Below are positions 52,440-64,000 of a DNA stretch of 64,000 nucleotides, piece by piece. Within the stretch, counting starts at the first letter, position 1. Every line of letters starts with the position of its first letter. The notes below the pieces were generated by a model, which was given only the letters and a program-made list of their open reading frames with translations, was not told the DNA's origin and ran no database searches. The position numbers and the translations under genes were made by a program. The DNA is from Octopus sinensis (lineage: Eukaryota): positions 12,586,001 through 12,650,000 of the forward strand of contig NC_043002.1 in assembly GCF_006345805.1 (NCBI RefSeq), read 5' to 3'.

Positions 52440-54720
52440 TTTTCCGACGCAAAAACGCTACAGAGATCGGATTAGTGAGCTAGTTAAGCAGCATTTGACA
52501 GGGGCAGTAGGCAACAACAGATTGTAGGGAACCCTAAAGAGAACAATTAAATATGAGTCAAGCGCATTTAGTAAAGTGCATGAGATAGAGAGGAGTAGAT
52601 TGCAGGAGAAGCTAGTTAGTAAGCTAGACGGGGCAATTAAAAGTGACATCGCGATCAACGTGCTAGCGGCAAGAAAAGGCTCTCGAGCATTTCTTTAATG
52701 CGAAACACGAAGGCTGCGTTGTCAGGGCTAGAGTTCGTGATCTAAAACATGACGGAACGAAAGCCGTTAGAATGGTTCGGGCAGTAAAGCTGCGACGTGG
52801 CAGCAAAACCACAAATTCTGTCTTTGACATACAGAATGGAAATATAATGCGCGGTTCCAAGCGCAAATGTATGGTTTTCCAGTAGCAATTTGCTCAACTC
52901 TTCAGAGACAGTTATATGTCACAGAGAGTTGTAGACTTTAGGGCCAAACTCAATGGCCTGCCTAGACCCTCGGAAGAAGGAGTTAGGCACTGTGAAAGGC
53001 CAATAACAATATGAGATGTATTGTGTGGTTGCTCAAGGGAAAAATCGCCCAGTTTGGATGATCTGGCCTCTGTTCTATGGTTAAAGAGCTAGAGCTGTTT
53101 GATGACCACTTGGAAAATGTCTATCACAACTGGCAACAAAACGAGGGAATTGCAGCATCTGTAAGACTGGGTGTGTTAACACTGACGTAGAAAGAGGCCA
53201 ATACAGAGGGTATTATAGACAATTTCCGGCGTATAACCCTGCTAAATACAGAGTTTAAAGTTTTGGCCAAGGTGTCAGCCAAGAGGTTGGTACTTGTAGA
53301 TAGTTTCGTTTGAGACGCTCCAATAGATCCATCTACGATATGGTCCATTGCATGCTTTATATCAAAGAGTAACAAATCTTGTATCGGTGTGGACTTGAGG
53401 ATTTGAACCAGTAAAAAGGCTTCGATAGAGTCGAGAATCGTTAATTGGGGTCATTCCTAAAAACAGCCGGTTTCCGACCCGTTTTCAGTGGTGGCTGAAT
53501 CACAATAATGTACACTGGCGCTTGCTCAGTGGTTAAAGTAAATGGCCACCTTCGAAACTGTTTCTCCCATCTCCTTTATACGTTCTTGCGCTTAAGCCTT
53601 TGCCGTGGAAGCTAGAAATATTAAGGATGCGGGAGAACTGAGTCAGCGTATGCGGATGACATCAAGTTAATGTTTGTCCCCTCTGTGTTTAGACCCTTGT
53701 CACCACGGAAGTTCAGGAAGTTGATTGCAATATGAGGCGATGGCAACAGCAAAGATAAATCCGAACATGTCGGTAGATTTGCAACTCGGGAATTGGAGAG
53801 GCAAATCTATGCTTATGAACAGCATAATGTTTCGATGGACATACGGACCGATGAGGTTCCTCTGGGTCTTGTTTAGCCTGGATCTCTGGAGGAACAAGGG
53901 CTTCGATGAGATTACAAACAGGGCGGTCAGTCTCATTCACAAATGGGCCGAGAAGAAATTATCCCTGAAAGGTCGAGCAAAGGCGACGAATAGTCACCTT
54001 TACATAACTTACCACCTGACTGTTGTAATTTGCCTCAGTCTTCGTTTGCCCAGGCTGGAGCGTTTACTTTGCTGCTTTCTGTGGAAAGAACGCGTTCCAC
54101 TGGTCAGGTAGTCAATCTGTTGCGAGCATCCTCCTGAAAAATGGGCCCGGCATGCCATGACTGTTAATGCACAGATATGTACCACGGCTGCGATTCTTAC
54201 AGACAAACGGCGAGCCGGTGTGGTCTCTGTAAAATACTCCTCTCCGAAGCTCATCTCTTTGATGTAGCAGCAAACCTGGATCAAGAAGAGACCAAGATTG
54301 GGTGCCTGGTATCTGGAATGTAGTCAGGTGTTCACTGCCGTCTACTAGTCGGGCTACGGCGTTGATGGGTGTTCTAATTTAGCAATATACAGAAATCTAG
54401 ATGGGATGAAGATCGATGACGTTCTCGGGGAAAACCTAGGCGACGACTAGGATGAAGTAGCTGGTCAGTTTCGGAGGACTTTCGGGCCTGGTACTGCTTT
54501 GGATAACTTTCAAAAATCTCTGGTTTGCTACCGAGGAGCACTGTCGGTTCGAGATAAACCCTGCAGGCACGGAAGTGATGTCAGGCGGAATTTTTCCAAG
54601 ATATGCGCAGAGCGACGAAACTGTTCTATATGCACTCCTTCAGTGCTCGTATATTGTTACGTCGAACAGCTGTTATCACGTATAGGACAAATCCAACTGT
54701 CGGCCGAATCTATCATGGTG
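52440..54720 (+). mobile_element. Heavily decayed Tx1/L1-clade LINE ORF2
   Basis: Broken motifs GKSP.LDDL, NFRRITLLNTEFKVLAKV, K(G)FDRV, AYADDI, KLSLKGRA, FLWKERVPLV. Confidence 0.8.
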
Positions 54721-56065
54721 ATCCCTTAACCACCCACTTTTAGCACATTGAGTGCCATGTATACAATATATGTATACACGGCACTTTAAAAATGTGCCGC
54801 GTATACGTATGTTATATACGTTTCCTCATCGAAAAATGAACTGTATATAGATAGCTATTGTATACAACTGAAGTACTATAGGAATTTGAACAAAAACCAC
54901 GTGAGGCACACGGGGGCGATTTACACATTTCTCCTTGGAGCTCAGTGTGTTAACAAGGTAGGGAAGACGTGCTATCGTAGCTAGAGTGTGTGCCACCCCC
55001 GGTCCCCACAAAAAACACATGTTATCTACAGCAGACCAAAAAGTAGTGCCTCTTTAAAAGTCCCGTCCGGGGTGGCCCTCCCCTACCGCCCCCTTCCCCC
55101 AGTTACGCTAAGGGGCAGATAGTGTTCCTGTGTCTAGTGGTAATAGCAACGGAGGTCGTGTGGTGTACAAGACTGAAAGGGTTGAGGTCAAGTCCTCATT
55201 CACGGTTTTAAGTTCCTGTTAGAAAGGAAAATCAGGGTGGATAGGAAAGTGCTACTTTTCACAGTGTACTTGTGGAAAAATGGGCCACTGTGGTAAAATG
55301 GTTAGAGTGACTATCCCCACTGTAAGCGCGCACTTGTTGACTGGAGAGCAACGGCGGGAGAAGGCTCGTCCCTTTAGTGAACAAGCTAATCCTGGATCTG
55401 TGGGATTAATTTTTTTATTGCTCACAGGGGCTAAATATAGAGGAGGACAAACAAGAACAGACAAAGGGATTAAGTCAATTACATCGTCCCTAGTGCGTAA
55501 ATGGTACTTATTTAATCGACCCCGAAAGGATGAAAGGCAAAGTCGACTTCGGCAGAATTTGAACTCAGAACGTAGCGGCAGATGAAATACTGCTGAGCAT
55601 TTCGCCTGGCGTGCTAACGATTCTGCCAGCTCACCGCCTTATCTGTGGGGCGTCTGTATTGGCCCTTGTTGGAGTTTTTCCTATATCAATGATAATTATG
55701 CCATTTTCTCTGACTTGCAAACAAATTTGCCAGTTCACTACCTGAGAGTCTTCAACTGTTACTTTTCAGGTGGAATGCACCATGCATTTTCTGTGATCGG
55801 ATTTAAGCAAGAATATTCGACAGGAAAAGTTTTCGAACAAACAATTACTAAAAGAATCTCCTTTCCTTACTCTTATTCTTTTACTTGTTTCAGTCATTTG
55901 ACTGTGGCCATGCTAGAGAACCCCCTTTAGTCGAGTAAATCGACCCCAGGACTTATTCTTTGTAAGCTCAGTACTTATTCTATCGGTCTCTTTTGCCGAA
56001 CCGCTAAGTTACGGGGACGTAAGCACACCACCATCGGTTGTGAAGCGATGTTGGGGGGACAAATA

Positions 56066-56140
<75 letters not shown>

Positions 56141-56259
56141 CATATATGCGAATGGCTTCTTTCAGGCTTTGGTCGTCCCGAGGCTATAGTAGAAAACACT
56201 TGCCCAAGGTGCCACGCAGTGGGACAGAACCCGGAACCATGCAGTTCGTAAGCAAGCTA

Positions 56260-59200
56260 CTTACCACACAGCCACTCCTACGCCTATGCTTACCACACAG
56301 CCACTCCTACGCCTATACTTATCACACAGCCACTCCTACGCCTACACTTACCATACAGCCACTCCTACGCCTACACTTACCACACAGCCACTCCTACGCC
56401 TACACTTACCACACAGCCACTCCTACGCCTACACTTACCACACAGCCACTCCTACGCCTACACTTACCACACAGCCACTCCCACGCCTACACTTACCACA
56501 CAGCCACTCCTACGCCTACACTTACCACACTTACCACACAGCCACTCCTACGCCTACACTTACTACTACACAGTCACTCTTACGCCTATGCTTACCCCAC
56601 AGCACCCACTCCTACGCCTATACTTATCACACAGCCACTCCTACGCCTACACTTACCACACAGCCACTCCTACGCCTACACTTACACACAGCCACTCCTA
56701 CGCCTACACTTACCACACAGCCACTCCTACGCCTACACTTACCATACAGCCACTCCTACGCCTACACTTACCACACAGCCACTCCCACGCCTACACTTAC
56801 CACACAGCCACTCCTACGCCTACACTTACCACACAGCCACTCCTACGCCTACACTTACCACACAGCCACTCCTACCGCCCACTTACCATACAGCCACTCC
56901 TACGCCTACACTTACCACACAGCCACTCCCACGCCTACACTTACCACACAGCCACTCCTACGCCTACACTTACCACACAGCCACTCCTACGCCTACACTT
57001 ACCACACAGCCACTCCTACGCCTACACTTACCACACACAGCACTCCTACGCCTACACTTACCACACAGCCACTCCTACGCCTACACTTACCACACAGCCA
57101 CTCCTACGCCTACACTTACCATACAGCCACTTCCTACGCCTATACTTACCACACAGCCACTCCTACGCCTACACTTACCACGCAGCCACTCCTACGCCTA
57201 TGCTTACCAGACAGCCACTCCTACGCCTATACTTACCACACAGCCACTTCCTACGCCTACACTTACCACACAGCCACTTCCTACGCCTACACTTACCACA
57301 CAGCCACTTCCTACGCCTACACTTACCACACAGCCACTTCCTACGCCTACACTTACCACACAGCCACTTCCTACGCCTACACTTACCACACAACCACTCC
57401 TACGCCTATACTTACCACACAACCACTCCTACGCCTATACTTACCACACAACCACTCCTACGCCTATACTTACCACACAACCACTTCCTACGCCTACACT
57501 TACCACACAACCACTCCTACGCCTATACTTACCACACAGCCACTCCTACGCCTACACTTACTACACAGTCACTCTTACGCCTACACTTACCACACAGCCA
57601 CTTCCTACGCCTACACTTACCACACAGCCACTTCCTACGCCTATACTTACCACACAGCCACTTCCTACGCCTACACTTACCACACAGCCACTTCCTACGC
57701 CTACACTTACCACACAACCACTCCTACGCCTATACTTACCACACAACCACCCTCCTACGCCTATACTTATCACACAGCCACTTCCTACGCCTACACTTAC
57801 CACACAGCCACTTCCTACGCCTACACTTACCACACACCCACTTCCTACGCCTACACTTACCACACAGCCACTTCCTACGCCTACACTTACCACACACAAC
57901 CACTCCTACGCCTATACTTACCACACAACCACTCCTACGCCTATACTTACCACACAACCACTCCTACGCCTATACTTACCACACAACCACTTCCTACGCC
58001 TACACTTACCACACAACCACTCCTACGCCTATACTTACCACACAACCACTCCTACGCCTATACTTACCACACAACCACTTCCTACGCCTACACTTACCAC
58101 ACAACCACTCCTACGCCTATACTTACCACACAACCACTCCTACGCCTATACTTACCACACAGCCACTCCTACGCCTACACTTACTACACAGCCACTCCCA
58201 CGCCTACACTTATCACACAGCCACTCCTACGCCTACACTTACTACACAGCCACTCCCACGCCTATACTTACCACACAGCCACTTCCTACGCCTACACTTA
58301 CCACACAACCACTCCTACGCCTATACTTACCACACAGCCACTCCTACGCCTACACTTACCACACAGCCACTCCTACGCCTATACTTACCACACAGCCACT
58401 CCTACGCCTATACTTACCACACAGCCACTCCTACGCCTACACTTACCACACAGCCACTCCCACGCCTACACTTACCACACAGCCACTCCCACGCCTACAC
58501 TTACCACACAGCCACTCCTACGCCTACACTTACCACACAGCCACTCCCACGCCTACACTTACCACACAGCCACTTCCTACGCCTACACTTACCACACAAC
58601 CACTCCTACGCCTATACTTACCACACAGCCACTCCTACGCCTACACTTACCACACAGCCACTCCTACGCCTATACTTACCACACAGCCACTCCTACGCCT
58701 ATACTTACCACACAGCCACTCCTACGCCTACACTTACCACACAGCCACTCCCACGCCTACACTTACCACACAGCCACTCCCACGCCTACACTTACCACAC
58801 AGCCACTCCCACGCCTACACTTACCACACAGCCACTCCTACGCCTACACTTACCGCACAGCCACTCCTACGCCTACACTTACCGCACAGCCACTCCTACG
58901 CCTATACTTACCACACAGCTACTCCTACGCCTACACTTACCACACAGCCACTCCTACGCCTATACTTACCACACAGCCACTCCTACGCCTATACTTACCA
59001 CACAGCCACTCCTACGCCTACACTTACCGCACAGCTACTCCTACGCCTACACTTACCGCACAGCTACTCCTACGCCTACACTTACCACACAGCCACTCCT
59101 ACGCCTACACTTACCGCACAGCCACTCCTACGCCTATACTTACCACACAGCTACTCCTACGCCTACACTTACCACACAGCCACTCCTACGCCTATACTTA

Positions 59201-59920
59201 CCACACAGCCACTCCTACGCCTATACTTACCACACAGCCACTCCTACGCCTATACTTACCACACAGTCACTCCTACGCCTACACTTACCACACAGCCACT
59301 CCTACGCCTATACTTACCACACAGCCACTCCTACGCCTATACTTACCACACAGCCACTCCTACGCCTACACTTACCGCACAGCCACTCCTACGCCTATAC
59401 TTACCACACAGCCACTCCTACGCCTATACTTACCGCACAGCCACTCCTACGCCTATACTTACCACACAGCCACTCCTACGCCTACACTTACCGCACAGCC
59501 ACTCCTACGCCTATACTTACCACACAGCTACTCCTACGCCTACACTTACCGCACAGCTACTCCTACGCCTACACTTACCGCACAGCCACTCCTACGCCTA
59601 TACTTACCACACAGCCACTCCTACGCCTATACTTACCACACAGCCACTCCTACGCCTATACTTACCACACAGCTACTCCTACGCCTATACTTACCACACA
59701 GCCACTCCTACGCCTATACTTACCACACAGCCACTCCTACGCCTATACTTACCACACAGCCACTCCTACGCCTACACTTACCGCACAGCCACTCCTACGC
59801 CTATACTTACCACACAGCTACTCCTACGCCTATACTTACCACACAGCCACTCCTACGCCTACACTTACCGCACAGCCACTCCTACGCCTATACTTACCAC
59901 ACAGCTACTCCTACGCCTAT
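56260..59920. repeat. 29-bp minisatellite (CTTACCACACAGCCACTCCTACGCCTACA)n, ~126 units, derived from a SINE 5' head
   Basis: Contiguous with the head of a minus-strand family-A SINE; the unit is the reverse complement of TGTAGGCGTAGGAGTGGCTGTGTGGTAAG. Confidence 0.97.
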
Positions 59921-60699
59921 TGCTTACTTAAGCAATCATTTGTAAAATTTGGCAAAAGCGCATCAGTTTTTGGGGGAAGGGGTAACTTGATTACATCGCC
60001 TCCAGTCTTGAATCCTTCTTTCCTTTATCAACCTGGAAATAATGAAAAGCAAAATCAACCTTGGCGGAAATTGAACTCAAAACCAAAGCTCAGAAGAAAT
60101 GTCGTTAAGTATTTTATCCGATGTCCTTAACAATTAGGCCAACTCGCCATCATCATCACTCCTTCAATTAGTACCATCAGTGTTAAACTTCTTTATAAAT
60201 ATCACACTTCGTTATTATTTTGCGCTAATATATCTCATGTAGATGTGTTGTTGTTTGTTCCTTCTCGAGCCATGCCTGGCTCATAAGGTGCCGGTTCCCT
60301 ACCTGGACGGGACGCCGGTCCGTCACAGGCGAGCTGCTAGATGCAGGAGGAAAAAGTGAGAGTTGTGGTGAAGAGTCAGTAGAAGTTCCCCATTACCTTT
60401 TGCCAGAGCCGCGTGGAACTTAGATGTTTCGCTCATAAACACACGCATCATCCGGTCTGAAATCTGAACCCGCGATCCCTCGACCGCGAGTCCGCTGCTC
60501 TAACCGCTAGGCCATGTGCCTCCCCATCCCATGTAGATAACTCACGATTAATGATCTTTTATGCAGAGTCTTTGCTATCAAACATCATCACAAAATGTTT
60601 TGCGAAACCATTCTTTCGCATGATCGAATGCCACTTGCTGAACTTCTGGTTAACCAAATTAAACATTTTTCTTGTGTAGTTCCGCAAATGGTTCGATCA

Positions 60700-62350
60700 T
60701 GGATATTTCTTTCTTTATTGTCCACAGGGGGCTAAACATAGAGGAGAGAAACAAGGACAGACAAAGGGATTAAGACGATTACATCGACCCCAGTTCGTAA
60801 CTGGTACTTATTTAATCGACCCCGAGAGGATGTTAGCAGACAAATTACCGCTAACCATTTCGCTCGGAGCGCTAACGATTTTTATTTCTTTATTGCCCAC
60901 AAGAGGCTAAACATAGAGGAGAGAAACAAGGACAGACAAACGGATTAAGACGATTACATCGACTCCAGTTCGTAACTGATACTTATGTAATCGACCCCGA
61001 AAGGATGAAAGGCAAAGTCGACCTCGGCGGAATTTGAACTCAGAACATAGCGGCAGACAAAATACCGCTAGGCATTTCGTCGGCGTGCTAACGATTCTGC
61101 CAACTCGCCGTCTTAGCTGTGGGGCTTCTGTATTGGCCCTTGTTGGAGTTTTTCCTATATCAATGGTAATTATGCCATTTTCCCCGGCGTGCTAACAAAT
61201 TTGCAAGTTCATTACTTGGGAATCTACAAGTGTTACTTTTCAGGTGGAATGCACCATGTATTTCCTGTGATCGGATTTAAGCAAGAATATTCGACAGGAA
61301 AAGTTTTCGAACAAACAATTACTAAAAGAATCTCCTTTCCTTACCCTTATTCTTTTACTTGTTTCAGTCCGCTGCTCTAACCCTAGGCCATGTGCCTCCC
61401 CATCCCATGTAGATAACTCACGATCAATGATCTTTTATGCAAAGTCTTTGCTATCAAACTGAACATTTTTCTTGCGCAATTCCGCAAATGACTCGATCAT
61501 GGATATTTCTTTCTTTATTGACCACAGTGGGGCTAAACATAGAGGAGAGAAACAAGGACAGACAAAGGGATTAAGACGATTACATCGACCGCAGTTCGTA
61601 ACTGGTATTTATTTAATTCACCCCGAAAGGGTAAAAGGCAAAGTCGAACTCGGCGGAATTTGAACTCAGAACGTAACGACAGACAAAATACCTATTTCTT
61701 TACTACCCACAAGGGGCTAAACACAGCAAGGACAAACAAGGACAGACAAACGAATTAAGTCGATTATATCGTCTCCAGTGCGTAACTGGTACTTATTTAA
61801 TCGACCCCGAAAGGATGAAAGACAAAGTTAACCTCGGCGGAATTTGAAGTCAGTACGTAACGGCAGACGAAATATCGCTATGCATTTCGCCCGGTGTGCT
61901 AACGATTCTGCCAGTTCGCCGACTTTCGATCATAAATATTCTTTTCTACTCTAGGCACAAAGCCTGGAATTTATAGGATGGGGGCCTGTCGATTAGATCG
62001 ACCCCAGCACGCAACTGGTACTTAATCTATCGACCCCGAAAGGATGAAAAGCAAAGTCGACCTCATCTGAATTTGAACTCAGTGAGTAGCGGCAGACAAA
62101 AATACCGTTGAGCATTTCGCCCGGCGTGCTAACGTTTCTGCCAGCTCGCCTCCTTTCGACCATAACTATACTCTTCTACTCTCGGCACAAAGCCTGAAAT
62201 TTATAGGATGGGAGCCAGTCAATTAGATAAACCCCAGCACGCAGCTGGTACTTAATTTAACGACTCCGAAAGGATGAAAAGCAAAGTCGACCTCAGCTGA
62301 ATTTGAACTCAGAACGTAGCTAACGATTCTGCCAGCTCGCTGCCTTTCGA
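60700..62350 (-). mobile_element. Cluster of about 7 full or partial family-C SINE units
   Basis: Repeated cgaccccgaaaggatgaaa..caaagtcgacctc..gaatttgaactcag blocks; two ~229-bp tandem units at 61930-62350. Confidence 0.85.
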
Positions 62351-63029
62351 TCATGAATATTAATCATAAAAATTCACCAGTCTCTAGGAGCAGGCATGGT
62401 CATGTGGCCATCAAGGTGGCTTAGTGGTCAACATCTTGTAAGTTAATTTGGTTGTCCGGATCTAAGTAGAGTTTCTTCGTATATATGTACATAGGGGAAG
62501 ATGTGACTGTGGTAAGAAACTTGCTTTCCAACCACATGGTTCTGGGTTCAGTCCCACTGTGTGCGCGTGTGTGCGTGTGCTTATGTATGTTCATATGTGT
62601 GTTCATCTGTGTGTGTGTATGTGCATGTGTGTGCGTATGTGCGTGTGTGCGTGCGGGTGTGTACGTGTGTGTTTGCGTATGCGTCTTTGCGCGTGTGTGC
62701 GTGTGTCTGTGTGTGCGCGTGTATGTGCGTGGGTGTAATTGCGCGCGTATGTGAGCGTGTGTGTGTGCGTATGTCTTCATATGATTGCGTGCATGTGTGC
62801 GTGCGTGTTCATGTGTGTGTACATGTGCGTCTGTGTGTGTGTGTATGTGTTAAATTTGCATAACGTACGGAAAAAATACCTGGAAAGAGAAAAGGATTTA
62901 AACAGGACAGCAATCGGCTGTTTCCGGAGGTTTTTGGAATTAAGTATTTTGAGCGGATTATATGGACATAATCTATTGGAATTTCCCTATATATCGATTT
63001 TGACATATTTAGTTAGTTAGTTAGTTAAT

Positions 63030-63370
63030 TTTTGGCTCAAAAAGCAAAAAGCAAGGCCATGTAGGGGGACATGGAGTTAAGTACAGGGTGGTGTTCATGT
63101 AAAGAGTTCAGGCCACTTGAGGTCAAGGGAGACTTTGAACCGAGCGGTCGTCGGCATCTTCACCATCTCGTCCGGCAGCTTATTCCACGGATCCGCAACC
63201 CGGACGGAGAAAGCTCCTCTCCTTCGATTGAGATGAAATCGTCGCAGGTAGAGCTTTTCGGAATGACCCCGCAGCCGACGCTCTGGAGCAGGAGTGAAGA
63301 ACAGCTCTTTCGAGAGGTTACACTTTCCGCTTATGATGTTGTGAGCGAGAATGAGATCACCACGGCGACG
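63030..63370 (-). mobile_element. CR1-type LINE 3' end with (TAAC)n tail
   Basis: Minus strand reads RRRGDLILAHNIISGK..RLRGHSEKLY..RRGAFSVRVADPWNKLP..FKVSLD; tail ttagttagttag on +. Confidence 0.85.
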
Positions 63371-64000
63371 TATATAGCTTGGCTTATTTCATAAATAAAC
63401 AAACGCAATGTGGCTGTGTGGTAAAAAGCTTACTTCCGAACCACATTATTCCAAGTTCAATCGCACTGCGTGGCACCTTAGGCCTCCTGAGTGGATTTCG
63501 TAGACGGAAACTGAAAGAAGCCCATCGCGTATATATATATATATATATATTTTTGGTGAGACAACCGATGTTGGTGTGTTTACATCCCCGTAAATGAAAC
63601 CGATAGAATAATTATCAAGCTTAGAAATTAAAGTAGTGAGGTTGATTCATTCGACTAAAATTTCTTCTAGGCGTTGCCCCAGCATGGTCGCGGTCTAATG
63701 ACTGAAGCAAGTAAATGATATAAGATAAAATAAACAAACAGACACCGTATACTTTAAAGCACTTTATTTTCTTTTAGTAACATGCAATTCTAAACGTTAG
63801 AATAGGACGACTGGGCGCAGCTGATTCGGCGCTGAGGATTTGGCATGGTCGACTGGACATTTAGCCTGTTTTGACAACAGTTCATTTTGGTGCTAGATGC
63901 ACACACACACATATACACACACACAAACGCACGCACTGCGTGCGCAAAAGTATACCTTTAGGAAAGTAAGGGAGGGGCATGGCATTTCAATTTATTAGTT

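Noticed and set aside
56260-59920. CRISPR-like regular repeats
   Set aside because: No unique spacers, no cas genes, eukaryotic context.
56146-60130. Three ORFs of 1180-1261 aa on the + strand
   Set aside because: Translation of a 29-bp minisatellite that lacks stops on that strand; all three frames are open and the unit is SINE-derived.

Overview
Eukaryotic, AT-rich, microsatellite-dense genomic DNA, most likely an octopus (inferred from the tRNA-derived SINE families and simple-repeat density), with a 100-N gap at 28798-28897. Nearly all ORFs in the supplied track are repeat artefacts. Two convergent host genes can be assembled by hand. Each encodes a small secreted protein with two chitin-binding peritrophin-A/CBM14 domains. 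Gene A (+): exons 36188-36506 and 42083-42246, 160 aa. Gene B (-): exons 50973-50685 and 47303-47124, plus a probable 3' exon from 45384 that completes a split stop codon, 156 aa, with a TATA/Inr promoter. The rest is mobile DNA: a decayed Penelope-like element; CR1/L2-, RTE-, R4/Dong- and Tx1-type LINE fragments; Tc1/mariner fragments and MITEs; a non-autonomous Helitron; and three SINE families. The most notable non-coding signals are a near-perfect 169-bp palindrome carrying a minimal hammerhead ribozyme motif inside gene B's last intron, a SINE/LINE shared 3' stem-loop with a compensatory base pair, a 3.7-kb minisatellite of about 126 SINE A-box heads, and a fold-back 490-bp tandem array with Helitron-like termini.
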